The notes under the pieces were generated by a model. That model did not search any database. It was given only the letters and a program-made list of their open reading frames with translations, and had not been told where the DNA came from. Made by a program: the position numbers and the translations under genes. A stretch of 63,926 nt of DNA, the filler included, from Octopus bimaculoides (taxonomy: Eukaryota): assembly GCF_001194135.2 (NCBI RefSeq). It is 3 parts of 3 records of this genome, joined end to end, with 100 filler letters (N's around TTAATTAATTAA, not from the genome) between each part and the next. Parts side by side here need not be neighbours in the genome. Positions count along the whole stretch, not along the records: positions 31,006 to 62,347 come from NC_068984.1; 2 more parts are not named here. The stretch is one strand, 5' to 3'. This document shows positions 35,712 to 47,899 of the stretch, piece by piece. Each line of letters starts with the position of its first letter. Position 1 is the stretch's first letter.

Positions 35712-36340
35712 TTTCTTTTATCTTCTACTTGCTTCAGTCATTGGACTGCGGCCATGCTGGAGCATAGCCTTGAAGGATTTTAGTTGAATGAATCGACCTC
35801 AGTACTTTGTTTTTAAAACCTGGTCTTTTAAAGCCAAGTTATGTGGACGTATACACACCAACACAGGTTGTCAAGCGGTGGTGGAGGACACACGCACGCA
35901 CGCACGCACGTACACGCGCACGTACACGCACACGCACACGCACACACACACGCACACGACGCGCTTCTTTTAGTTTCTTATTTCTTTACTGCCCACAAGG
36001 GGTTAAACATAGAGGGGACAAACAAGGACAGACAAACGGATCAAGTCGATTACGTCGACCCCAGTGCGTGCGTAACTGGTACTTATTTAATCGACCCCGA
36101 AAGGATGAAAGGCAAAGTCGGCCTCGGCGGAACTTGAACTCAGAACGTAAAGACTGACGAAATACCCCTAAGCATTTCGCCGCCTTATTTTAGTTTCTTT
36201 CAACCAAATCCACTCACAAAGTCTTTGGTCAGCCTGAGGCTACAGTAGAAGACACTTGCCCAAGGTGTCACGCAGTGAGACTGAACCCGGAACCTTGTGG
36301 ATGAGAAGGAAACTATTTATCACACAGCTTCTCCCGTGCC
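35712..36340 (-). mobile_element. SINE family A interrupted by a SINE family B insertion
   Basis: Both halves of A flank B. Confidence 0.85.
35980..36187 (-). mobile_element. SINE family B nested in A, 12-bp TSD
   Basis: TSD ttttagtttctt at 35968-35979 and 36188-36199. Confidence 0.9.
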
Positions 36341-36739
36341 TATGTCCATAAGAGATGTTTTCGCAGGACAAATACTGCAGTAACTACTCTATCAACAATG
36401 TATATGCATTTAGTATGGTACACGGATAGCTAGTTTGTGTGGTGATATTTAGCTACTTATTTTTCTGTTTAAATTCGTTTCCATTTATCGATCTTTTATG
36501 TTATAAAAAATGATAATAAGAAAAATAATCAAATGTAGGAGTTTGTGATAGCGAGTTGATTAAGTAGCATTTGCCATAATTTTAAAGCGAATCAATTGAA
36601 AAACGGATTATCTATTTAAGTGTTTGTGTTAAAGGGTATTTAGCCTTTACAGATCGTCACTGCGGGAATGCAGATCGAAAAAACATAAAACGAAGCAAAA
36701 CAAACAAAAGCAATTATCTTTTTTGATATAATATATACT

Positions 36740-36895
36740 TAGTGGTATTTCTTCTGTCTTTATGCTCTGAGTTCAAATTCTGTTGAGTTCGACTTTGCTT
36801 TTCATCCTTTCAGGGCGGATAAAATACGAACTAGTTGAGCACTGGTGTCGAAATCCACCAAATCTCAGGCCTTGTGCTTATAGTAGAAAGGATAT
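36740..36895 (+). mobile_element. SINE family B, 5'-truncated
   Basis: Homology. Confidence 0.8.
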
Positions 36896-37089
36896 AGATA
36901 AATTAACTCCATTCACTACTGTAATTTATGCAGTCGCTTAGCATGCTGTGTGCCGGGATGTGAAAACCGCAAAAGACAGCTACTGTATACACGTAATCTA
37001 AGCAAAAATTAACAAAGGAAAATAACTCAGTGTGGCCAGTGGCGTGTATTTGAACAATAAAGGCGAATAAGTGTATATCAAATACCATA

Positions 37090-37372
37090 CTCGCGAGGTT
37101 GCGAGTTCGATTCCCGGGCCGGGCTGCGTGTTGTGTTCTTGAGCAAGACACTTTATTTCACGTTGCTGTAGAAATGAGTTGCGACATCACTGGTGCCAAG
37201 CTGTATCGGCCCCTTTGCCTTTCCCTTGGATAACATCAGTGGTGTGGAGAGGGGAGGCCGGTATGCATGGGCGACTGCTGGCCTCCCACAAAAAACCTTG
37301 CCTGGACTTGTGCCTGGGAGGGTAACTTTCTAGGTGCAATTCCATGGTCATTCATGACCGAAGGGGGGTCTC
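37090..37372 (+). mobile_element. SINE family D
   Basis: Homology; CpGs intact. Confidence 0.85.
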
Positions 37373-37793
37373 CCATATATCTATACATGCAGACACACGT
37401 GTGCGTTTATGTCCGTGTTAGGAAGCAAGCTTTTTACCACACGGTCAGACCTGCGCCCATGCATGCATACATGCATGCGTGTATGTATGCATGTATGTAT
37501 GCATGCAGGTGAATGGTTATCCTCGACTGACAACGCCTATAGCAGTGTACAATTGGAATGTTAATCACTCCTTGAGAAAGTGAAGTCTTGCACATCACAT
37601 AGAATTCATGCTTGATTATCGACAAAATATTTACTCATCACTCATCACCGATGGATGAAATATTCTTCGCTAGACTTATCCTCTACATGCCAGGGAAATA
37701 ACTTGTTCCGCTTTGTTAATATTTGGTATTTACTGATACGAACCACCGCTTGTCTTAGTTGCTGCTGGTTCGCTTCAATATTTCACTGTGACA

Positions 37794-38270
37794 GGGCGCC
37801 GAGCTGGCAGAAACGTTAGCACGCCGGGCGAAATGCTTAGCTGTATTTCGTCTGCCATTACGTTCTGAGTTCAAATTCCACCGAGGTCGACTTTGCCTTT
37901 CATCCTTTCGGGGTCGATAGATTAAGTACCAGTTACGCACTGGGGTCAATGTAATCGACTTAATCCGTTTGTCCCCTCTGTGTTAGCCCCTTGTTGGCAG
38001 TAAAGAAATAAGAAACGTCAGCACGCTGGGCAAAATGCTTAGCGGTATTTCGTCTGTTTTACGTTCGTTTCGGGTCGATAAATTAAGTTCCAGTTGCGTA
38101 CTGGGATCGATCTAATTGACTTGGCTCCCCTCCCCACAAAATTTCGGGCTTTGTGCCCTAGAGTAGAAAAGAATCGAGGTCGATTTTGCTTCTCATCCTT
38201 TCGAGGTCAATAAATTAAGTACCAGTTGCGTACTGGAGTCGATCTAATCGACTGGACCCCATTCCCGACC
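37794..38270 (+). mobile_element. SINE family B full copy followed by two abutting partial copies
   Basis: 37794-38011 intact; 38012-38172 internally deleted; 38173-38270 fragment. Confidence 0.85.
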
Positions 38271-38419
38271 AAAATATTTCACCGTGACGCTTATTCCAAC
38301 CTAATTAAACCACTTTTAATTAGCCTCCACATAATCACTTTCCAATCATAAGACCCTTGAATGATATGTCTGGAATGTTCTGGAACTTGTTGAATTGATC
38401 TCATAAAATCTTTCTTGAT

Positions 38420-38770
38420 TTGATTTCTCTTTTGCTTGTTGCGGTCATTCGACTGTGGCCATGCTGGGATACCGTCTTCTAGAATTTTTAGTTAAATAAC
38501 TCTTATCAATAAACCCGGTACTAATTCTCTGAGTCTCTTTTCGCGGAACCGCTAAGTTATAGTTGTCAAATGGTGGGAGACAAACAAACACACACACACA
38601 CACATATATATGACAGGCTTCTTTCAGTTTCCGTCTACCAAATCCACATACAAGGCTTTGGTCGGCCCGAGGATGTAGAAGAGGATGCTTAACGTGTCAC
38701 GTAGTGAGACTGAACCCAGAACCATGTGTTTGGGAAGCAAACCTCTTACCACACAGCTACTCCTGCACCA
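38420..38770 (-). mobile_element. SINE family A, diverged
   Basis: Homology. Confidence 0.8.
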
Positions 38771-38849
38771 TCTATATTATTTCTTATTAAGCCTTTAATT
38801 TATCCTTTTACTTATTCTGCGTTTACAATATTTATCTCCCCTTAATCAT

Positions 38850-38966
38850 TTCCTCCCCCTCCTCTTCCTTCTCCTCCTCCTTCTCCTCCTTCTCCTCCTC
38901 CTTCTCCTCCTTCTCCTCCTCCTTCTCCTCCTCCTCCTTCTCCTCCTCCCCATCATCATCATCATC

Positions 38967-38999
<33 letters not shown>

Positions 39000-39105
39000 G
39001 TCATCGTCGTCGTCGTTGTCGTCGTCGTCGTCGTCATCATCGTCATCATCGTCATCATCGTCATCATCATCATCATCATCGGCATCATCATCATCATCAT
39101 CAAGC
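38850..39105. repeat. Compound (CTC/CTT)n-(CAT)n-(CGT)n trinucleotide tract
   Basis: Direct reading; source of the poly-D/E/S/R ORFs. Confidence 0.95.
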
Positions 39106-39365
39106 CCCGGACTCACTGAGCCGATTACCCGGTTTCGACAGCGTATAAGTGTCCGAAATCAACAATATAGGTCCCGGACGGAGCGGTCTTCCCCTCGCAA
39201 AGTCACTCATTTTCACTAGAGTCGATTGGAGCAACGTGAAAATGAAGTATCTTATTTAAGAAACGAAGTGTTTTGCGCACTGCAACGCTCGTCCGGGAAT
39301 CGAAACCACAAATTTACGATCGCTAGCGCAACACCCTAACCCCTTGGCCACGGGTCTTCACTTAA
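39105..39365 (-). mobile_element. tRNA-headed SINE with D-type head and V-domain-like body
   Basis: gtggccaaggggttaggg A box, tttcgattccc B box, gaaaccggg.aatcggc 3' motif. Confidence 0.55.
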
Positions 39366-39769
39366 TCATTTCAGCTGTTTCTCAAACGCTTTATCATTAC
39401 TCTTCATCCCTTACAAACACAAACCTAAGCTACATTGTATTCCTATCCTTTCTTTTCTCACCAAATCCTTTATCAGCAATTTGTTTATGTGTCAAATGAT
39501 TAAATTAACTCAATTACTTTTATTCATGGATTAAATTCATTATCCGTATATAGATGTGTTTTCATTGTGATTACACATAATATTAGCGTTTTGTTAGCAT
39601 CAAGCTTCATTAAGCACTAATCTCATTTCATATTACAATTACAGACTTGTGTTTACATTAAACGACTGGGCATCTTGTTAATCTGTTGCTGAATCGACTT
39701 TTATTAAACCCTGTTTATGTTGTTCCTTAAGGAAGAAGATTTATTTCTCTAAGTGAGTCTATGACTGAA

Positions 39770-39995
39770 GACCAACCGCACGCCACTTACAATCGAGTGG
39801 AAAACTGTGGAAAACATGGAGACATCTATGCCATGTATTAATGGATCTAAGAAATTCGACTTATGTGAAACTGAAAGATCGCACATTATTTTTTTTAGAT
39901 CCAAGAATTTCACCGCACTACATAATTCCAAACCCGAACTTTTCAGTAAATGCAAACATATGGACAAATTTCTTTTGGCAAAGTGTAGGATTCTC
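39770..39995 (+). mobile_element. Penelope-like element GIY-YIG endonuclease C-terminal fragment
   Basis: PCINGSKKFDLCETERSHII....LHNSKPELFSKCKHMDKFLL matches the PLE PY.NG.K.C.LC..EK..I....LN.R.EL.SKCRH.NKF pattern. Confidence 0.75.
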
Positions 39996-40346
39996 CCCAG
40001 CTCACCGTATCGAGCAGTTGTCTCGCCGACTTTGAACTCCTCTCTGTTGAATTATTCTATAACAATTAGTTTAATTGTGCCTTCAAGGGTCAAAGGGGAC
40101 GTAACTGTAATTCTCTTTTCTTTCCTTTGTTTTTTCGTTTTTATTCACCCTTTGTCTTTTCATTACATTTTTTGTATCATTTTCTCATGGGTTCTCATGT
40201 ATCAGCGTCCTGATTTGATTTTCAAATAGAACAAAGCATGAGCTCAGAGCCCAAAGGTTGTTTGGAGATACGTTATATAAACCTGCCTAACCACGTGTCT
40301 TAATGGCAAGAAACTATTAGTAACTCTCATGTTAATACAGTTTGCA

Positions 40347-40383
<37 letters not shown>

Positions 40384-40393
40384 NNNNNNNNNN

Positions 40394-40427
<34 letters not shown>

Positions 40428-40440
40428 AACATATATATAT

Positions 40441-40770
40441 GTGCACAAGCGTGAACGAGTGGTAAGAGGTTTCCTTCCCATCCACATGGTTCCAGGTTCA
40501 GTCTCACTGTGTGGAACCTTGGGAAAATGTCTTCAACTATGACTAAAGCCTTGTGAATGGATTTGGCAGACGGAAACTGAAAGAAGCCTGTCGTATACAT
40601 ACATGTGTATATCGATATGTATTTTTGTGCTTGTGTTTGTCCTCCACTACAGCTTGACAACCAGTGTTGGTTTGTTTACATCCTGTAACTTAGCGGTTCA
40701 GGCAGGCTCTATAAAAAGTACTAGGGTTGACCAAGCATGACCGCAGTCGAATGACTGAAACGACTAAACA
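40441..40770 (+). mobile_element. SINE family A, diverged
   Basis: Homology. Confidence 0.8.
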
Positions 40771-40879
40771 AGCAATATGAGTGTGTGTGTGTATGTATGT
40801 ATGTGCTGTCCCCTAAAACTACAGATAAGTCGATTAAGTCAGATTACATTATTTTTATATAATCTTATTTAATCTCAGT

Positions 40880-41140
40880 CGCTAGACCACGGGTTCGATT
40901 CCCGGACCGGCTGGCGTGTTTTGTTTTTGAGCAAAACACTTCATTTCACGTTGCTCCAGTCGACTCAGGTGTAAACGGGTCACCCTGCGACGGACTGGCT
41001 TTCTGATCGGGGGTGGGGGGGTCTTGATCTGCTCGCTTCGCCAGCGGGGTTGGCATTATCCGAAACCTAGGAAATGATGCAAAGCGCATTGTGACCAGCG
41101 ATGTATAACAACGTCGATAGTCGTCTTGTCGATCATGAAG
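40880..41140 (+). mobile_element. SINE with D-type head and V-domain-like motif
   Basis: gggttcgattccc B box; ccctgcgacggactggc motif resembling V-SINE cores. Confidence 0.55.
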
Positions 41141-41467
41141 TCACATGATTTTTACCTACAAGTGTCATAAAGAGAAATTCCCTGAACCGTAAAACTGCAC
41201 GGAACCTTAACGGTAGCAACCTCTTTGGAGGGTCAGTGATGGCCAAAGGCACTGCCCCTGGGCTTTAGATTAAACCAATTTAGAAAAAAGTTATACACAC
41301 ACACACACGTTTATGAATTTGTGTTGCAAGATTCCTGAAGTGAAACCGTGTGTTGAAACAGATATTGTTGTATTTCGGGACGGTCATCTTTTTAGCCAAA
41401 TAAACACACGCACTGTATATTCGTTCTTCACTCGTTTTTTACTGTTCTTATTTTAACTCATGTCCAT

Positions 41468-41512
41468 TGTCCGGAAATATTTCGTCACACATCTGTGACC
41501 TCTTCAGCGACA
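41468..41512 (-). ncRNA. Minimal type-I hammerhead motif
   Basis: tgtcg-CTGAAGA-g-gtcaca[gatg]tgtgac-GAAA-tatt-TC-cggaca; perfect 6-bp stem II. Confidence 0.65.
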
Positions 41513-41599
41513 CGTTCTGTCCTCATGTGTGCTCCTACTCCGCTTAGTCTCCGCTGAGAATGGACTTAGTGGAGCAAGAGCACACACGAAGACGGAAAG

Positions 41600-41643
41600 T
41601 GTTGGTGAAGAGGTTACAGATGTATGACGAAAGATTTCCGGAC
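41600..41643 (+). ncRNA. Mirror hammerhead motif, more degraded (C3 mutated)
   Basis: tgttg-gTGAAGA-g-gttaca[gatg]tatgac-GAAA-gatt-TC-cggac. Confidence 0.5.
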
Positions 41644-42322
41644 GATGGACATGAATTAGAATAAGAACAGTAATAAACGAGTGAAGAACGAATATATAGT
41701 GCGTGTATTTATTTGGGAAAAAAAATGACCGTCCCGAAATACAATATGCATACACACACACACACACACANNNNNNNNNNNNNNNNNNNNNNNNNNNNNN
41801 NNNNNNNNNNNNNNNNNNNNNNNNNNNNNNNNNNNNNNNNNNNNNNNNNNNNNNNNNNNNNNNNNNNNNNNNNNNNNNNNNNNNNNNNNNNNNNNNNNNN
41901 NNNNNNNNNNNNNNNNNNNNNNNNNNNNNNNNNNNNNNNNNNNNNNNNNNNNNNNNNNNNNNNNNNNNNNNNNNNNNNNNNNNNNNNNNNNNNNNNNNNN
42001 NNNNNNNNNNNNNNNNNNNNNNNNNNNNNNNNNNNNNNNNNNNNNNNNNNNNNNNNNNNNNNNNNNNNNNNNNNNNNNNNNNNNNNNNNNNNNNNNNNNN
42101 NNNNNNNNNNNNNNNNNNNNNNNNNNNNNNNNNNNNNNNNNNNNNNNNNNNNNNNNNNNNNNNNNNNNNNNNNNNNNNNNNNNNNNNNNNNNNNNNNNNN
42201 NNNNNNNNNNNNNNNNNNNNNNNNNNNNNNNNNNNNNNNNNNNNNNNNNNNNNNNNNNNNNNNNNNNNNNNNNNNNNNNNNNNNNNNNNNNNNNNNNNNN
42301 NNNNNNNNNNNNNNNNNNNNNN

Positions 42323-42375
<53 letters not shown>

Positions 42376-42959
42376 TGTATGTATGTATGTATGTATGTAT
42401 AACCCCATCTATCGTTCTCTCGAAAACTTTGGAGCTTGTGCTTTTGTTAGGAACACTTATTACTAGAGAGGTGAATGCTAGACTTTGATGTATCTTCGTT
42501 GAGTTCAGATCCAACACTAGTGTCCGACATTATTTTCGCACTCTTTATTAAAAAACATTAAGAGGATTATTAAGGAGATTAAAGAGATTAGACATAATAT
42601 GTCGCGGTAACATATATAATCTACATTTTTCTCTAAATGCGAGAGAGAACTTCGAGAAACATACCATTGTTCCATAATTTAAGATGAAGAAAACTCAAAA
42701 TATTTGAATGGTATTGATTTTATCGATCTCAAAAATACGACAGGCAAAACAAACATCGATTGGATTTGAATTTGGAATGTAAATAGAAGACACATGCCAA
42801 AGGTGCCATGCAGTCGGACTGAACCCAGGACCATGTAGTTCAGAAGTAAGCTTCTTACCACACAATCACGCTTGCGCCTGTATATATTGTGTTGTTAATT
42901 TTGGTGAGTTTTTGCCCCAGGTGAGCCTCTGATCAAGAGATTTCGAACCGTGACCATCC

Positions 42960-43200
42960 ACCCCCTTTGGGTGTATTTAAGACTACTTTTTCCTGTCCAT
43001 TTTCATAAGGTAGTATGTTGAGGTTTTGGGGAAGATTTGGTAGTTGTTTTTAGCAAATCAAACGACAGCATAGACGCCTTTCTCGCTACGTTGTGAGATT
43101 ATATTTATAGTTACTGTTGTTGTTAAGCTCCAGGTCAGATCTTAGAGCAACTGAGTCATGGTCAAAAGCATTCTTACCATGACCATCCAGAATTTATAGT
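42960..43200 (-). mobile_element. SINE-like family E fragments
   Basis: ggggaagatttgg..gttgtttttagca and ccaggtcag homology. Confidence 0.45.
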
Positions 43201-43231
43201 GATGTCTAAAGCGGCTTCCCTTCTGTCTGTT

Positions 43232-43264
<33 letters not shown>

Positions 43265-43544
43265 TTTTTTCTCTCTCTCTCTCTCTCTTGCTGGCTATAT
43301 GTTTAAGAAGCTTGGTCAGTCTCACAGTGTGGCACTTTGAGAAAGGCATTTTCTCCTATAGCCCGGAACTGACCAAGGCTTTGTGAGTGAATNNNNNNNN
43401 NNNNNNNNNNNNNNNNNNNNNNNNNNNNNNNNNNNNNNNNNNNNNNNNNNNNNNNNNNNNNNNNNNNNNNNNNNNNNNNNNNNNNNNNNNNNNNNNNNNN
43501 NNNNNNNNNNNNNNNNNNNNNNNNNNNNNTATATATATATTATT

Positions 43545-43744
43545 TTATTCTTTTATTTGTTTCAGTCATTTGACTGCGGCCATGCTGGAGCACTGCCTTT
43601 AGACGGACAAATCGACCCCAGGACTTATTCTTTGTAAGCCTAGTACTTATTCTATCGGTCTCGTTTGTCAAACCGCTAAGTTACAGAGACGTAATCACAC
43701 CAACATCGGTTGTCAAGCGATGATGGTGGGGAGAAAAACACAGA

Positions 43745-43785
<41 letters not shown>

Positions 43786-43941
43786 GACGGGCTTCTTTCA
43801 GTTTCTGTCTGTCAAATCCACTCACAAGGTATCACGCAGTGGGGCTGAACCCGGAAAGAAAATGAGATGATCACACTCACACATACATACATACATACGT
43901 ACGTACGTACATACATACATACATACATACATACTTACACA

Positions 43942-43994
<53 letters not shown>

Positions 43995-44191
43995 TCACAC
44001 ACATATATATATATATACGACGGGCTTCTTTCAGCTTCCGTCTACCAAATCCACTCAGAAGGTCAAAATCCACTCACAAAGTGCCACGCAGTGGGACTGA
44101 ACCCGGAAAGAGATGATCACACTCACACATATACACCCATACATACATACATACATACATACATACATACATGCATACATACATACATACA

Positions 44192-44222
<31 letters not shown>

Positions 44223-44230
44223 CTCCCTTG
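43545..44230 (-). mobile_element. SINE family A with a locally duplicated ~250-bp segment
   Basis: gcagtggg.ctgaacccggaaag...agatgatcacactcaca junction occurs twice. Confidence 0.75.
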
Positions 44231-44887
44231 TGATTTCCTATGCTGGAGATCGTGTCTGTCTTTCTGATAATTCTTGGAAGGAAAAACCAAGGAAACAAAC
44301 ATTAAATAACAGAATAAAGTCAAAATAATTCTACCTACCTTTATAACTTCTCCTGAAGAGTTGTTATATTCCACTTCGTTTGCAGGCATTTTTGTAGATT
44401 TAGCTTTTAGAATCAAAAAGTAAACGGTAATGATAGATCAGAAAAAAATATATATTATTATATTTGTAAAGAACTAGAGCAAACGGACGCTTCCTCTTTC
44501 CTTAGTTTTTTTCATCAAGGTTTTAGGTCTCAATATTATTTAAATTAAATGTTTTGATGTTATGTGTATGTTTTTAATTTTAATTTTAATATATATATAT
44601 ATATTTTTTTTTTTTGCTGCAAAGTTTCGCCGTGTTTGGTAAGAATCCTTTTAGAAGCTGGAAGAAAAATCTCCTGTAGTGTCTAGCCGCCTACATGGCT
44701 GCTGGAGGTTATGGCTGAGACTAATTTTCAACACTGACACTCGACTTCAAACGAATTTATATGACATATTTGAGTAATGCACTACATATTCTCTCCTAGC
44801 CCCACCCCCTCCGTCTTTCACGCGCGCGCGCTAGTGTAGGTGAGGGTTATTATCTGTTATGTTATGCATGTATGTATGCAGGAATGT

Positions 44888-44923
<36 letters not shown>

Positions 44924-45020
44924 GAATATAATATGTATAGATGTATATCTACTACATATATATATGTAATATATATATACATTATGTATATGCTCGCATG
45001 TATGTATATGTGTATGCATG

Positions 45021-45051
<31 letters not shown>

Positions 45052-45590
45052 GCATGTATGTATATATGTCTATATGTATATATATATATATATANNNNNN
45101 NNNNNNNNNNNNNNNNNNNNNNNNNNNNNNNNNNNNNNNNNNNNNNNNNNNNNNNNNNNNNNNNNNNNNNNNNNNNNNNNNNNNNNNNNNNNNNNNNNNN
45201 NNNNNNNNNNNNNNNNNNNNNNNNNNNNNNNNNNNNNNNNNNNNNNNNNNNNNNNNNNNNNNNNNNNNNNNNNNNNNNNNNNNNNNNNNNNNNNNNNNNN
45301 NNNNNNNNNNNNNNNNNNNNNNNNNNNNNNNNNNNNNNNNNNNNNNNNNNNNNNNNNNNNNNNNNNNNNNNNNNNNNNNNNNNNNNNNNNNNNNNNNNNN
45401 NNNNNNNNNNNNNNNNNNNNNNNNNNNNNNNNNNNNNNNNNNNNNNNNNNNNNNNNNNNNNNNNNNNNNNNNNNNNNNNNNNNNNNNNNNNNNNNNNNNN
45501 NNNNNNNNNNNNNNNNNNNNNNNNNNNNNNNNNNNNNNNNNNNNNNNNNNNNNNNNNNNNNNNNNNNNNNNNNNNNNNNNNNNNNNNNNN

Positions 45591-45657
<67 letters not shown>

Positions 45658-46579
45658 TTTGTCACTCTCTCTCTAACCTCCCCACCAGTTTATTTTGTAT
45701 ACCACAATACTGTATATAATTCCATTTGTATTCAAGAATTACAGAAAAGAAAAGAACAAAACAAAAATATGCATGAAAAGCTAAAACAAAACATAACAAA
45801 GAAGATTAATAATAACAATAATAAAAATAATAACAACAACAGCAATAATAATAAGAATGAAATATAATAAAATAAAATACATAACCTCTTTGCAGGTTGG
45901 ATCCGACGTGGGTGTTGAATGAACTTAATTAAAAAGAACCGACATCGTTTAGAAGCAGCCCACATCCCGATTTCAACCATGTAATTAGTATGTTTAATAA
46001 GTATGTAAAAGAAGCTCATNNNNNNNNNNNNNNNNNNNNNNNNNNNNNNNNNNNNNNNNNNNNNNNNNNNNNNNNNNNNNNNNNNNNNNNNNNNNNNNNN
46101 NNNNNNNNNNNNNNNNNNNNNNNNNNNNNNNNNNNNNNNNNNNNNNNNNNNNNNNNNNNNNNNNNNNNNNNNNNNNNNNNNNNNNNNNNNNNNNNNNNNN
46201 NNNNNNNNNNNNNNNNNNNNNNNNNNNNNNNNNNNNNNNNNNNNNNNNNNNNNNNNNNNNNNNNNNNNNNNNNNNNNNNNNNNNNNNNNNNNNNNNNNNN
46301 NNNNNNNNNNNNNNNNNNNNNNNNNNNNNNNNNNNNNNNATATATATGTATACATATATATATCTGTATGTATGTATGTATGTGTGTGTGTGTGTGTGTG
46401 TGCGTGTGCGTGTGTGCGTGTGCGTGTGTGCGTGTGCGTGTGTGCGTGTGCATTTATATATGTATGTAAATACTTTTGTTGTTTTATTCTTTTATGCATT
46501 TCAGCAGCCCAAAGGTAGTGACCATGCTGGGGCACCGCCAGTATTATCACCTTTTCAATGACCATTCTTTTGTGATTGG

Positions 46580-47385
46580 CTTTTAGTGAAGGAAGGAGTT
46601 CGATATTGCTGCCCTCTGTTTTTAGTTTCTTGTCGTGATGTAGGCTCATCTGAGATCTTGGAGAGCAGGAGTTCAAGTAACATTTTGAAAACATCTACCT
46701 CTACTCCCTGAAGATCTCTCAGATGTTTTGGCAAGATATTAAATAGCTGTGAGACCCCTGGATCCTATGCTATTGCAGTACCTGGTTCCTTTCTCTGGAC
46801 GGGATGGCTGAGACCTTTGAAACAGTGCAGTGACAGTACAGCTCTCGATGCCTAAAGTTTGGTGCCAACCCCTCCAGGATCTTCCTGTCTTCGCTCTAGG
46901 AAGTAGAGTCGTAGCTCTTTCAGTCCCTCCCAGCAGCCCAGCTGTTCCATTAATGCAATCTCCCTGGTGTAGCACCACTTAACTGCCTCAAGTTCCGCTA
47001 TTAATTCGACACTGTGGGGTGACCACAGCTGAGAGCAGTAATCCAGGGGGCTGAGGACAAGTGTCCTCCATAGAACCATCATAGTTCTTTGGTCCCTTGT
47101 TCTGAAAGTTTTCAGAATCCATCCGGCCATTCGCCTGCACACTGCCAGCATTTTGGTGATATGCACGGGAAACGAGGAATCGTTGCTCATATCAATCGTC
47201 GGATCACGCACTGTACTTGCTGCTCCTTTTGGTCCAAGGTATCTTTGTTGAGGCGTGTTAGCACAAGCAAGCTGATAGTGGAGGGCTTGGAATTTTCCTG
47301 CATTAAATTGCATGTTATTTTCTTCAACCCATTTATAAATGGCATCTACGTCTCTGTATAGAGGGTTACCCTCAGAAAGTGTCTT
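46580..47385 (-). mobile_element. CR1-clade LINE RT C-terminal fragment
   Basis: VDAIYKWVEENNMQFNAGKFQ...GWILKTFRTRD...LDYCSQLWSPH...LERRQE, then LFNILPKHLR...FK..L...L.KISDEP. Confidence 0.85.
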
Positions 47386-47419
47386 GACTGCTTGTGTGTG
47401 TATATGTGTATATGTGTAT

Positions 47420-47669
47420 GTGTTGTTATATTTCGGGATGGTCATTTTTTTGTTTTTGCAGAATAAATACACGCACTCTATATTCATTTTCACCCGCTTT
47501 TTAATGCACATGAGATAAAACAAGAACAATAATAAAAGAGTAAAGAATGCATATACAGTGCGTGTGTTTATTTGGTAAAAAAAAAAAAAATGACCGTCCC
47601 AAAATATAACAATATCTGTTTCAGCACACGGTTTCATATCAGAAATCTTGCAACACAATTTCATAAACG
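47420..47669. mobile_element. Internally deleted copy of the 41.3-kb palindromic element
   Basis: Same terminal arms (tatttcgggatggtcat / atgaccgtcccaaaata); centre missing. Confidence 0.8.
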
Positions 47670-47895
47670 TTATTCTCTCCAGCGCCACTGCGAGCGATAC
47701 ATCATTTGCACAATGTGGAGAATATACCAACAGTATTGCCCAAACGACCACATTAGCTTCAAAATTTATTCAAGCCTAGGAGCACGGGCCATACGTCCCC
47801 AACCTAATTCAGGATCACAACACATAAATACACTGCAACACAATTTCTTTTCCTCAACAGGCCCTGCTCTATATAACAATGCTCCGAAACAGATC
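47670..47895 (+). mobile_element. CR1-clade LINE 3' fragment (different subfamily)
   Basis: YSLQRHCERYIICTMWRI....PND...LGARAIRP...HNFFSSTGPALYN. Confidence 0.7.
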
Positions 47896-47899
47896 AAAG

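Larger units (their letters stand above)
41309..41744. mobile_element. Palindromic element (arms ~41368-41548 / 41562-41744) with a hammerhead motif in each arm
   Basis: Arms align as reverse complements; second copy of the family at 47420-47669. Confidence 0.85.

Noticed and set aside
41335-41370. ctgaagtgaaacc...gaaac as a third hammerhead in the 41-kb element
   Set aside because: G8/A9 are not conserved between the two copies and stems are unconvincing.
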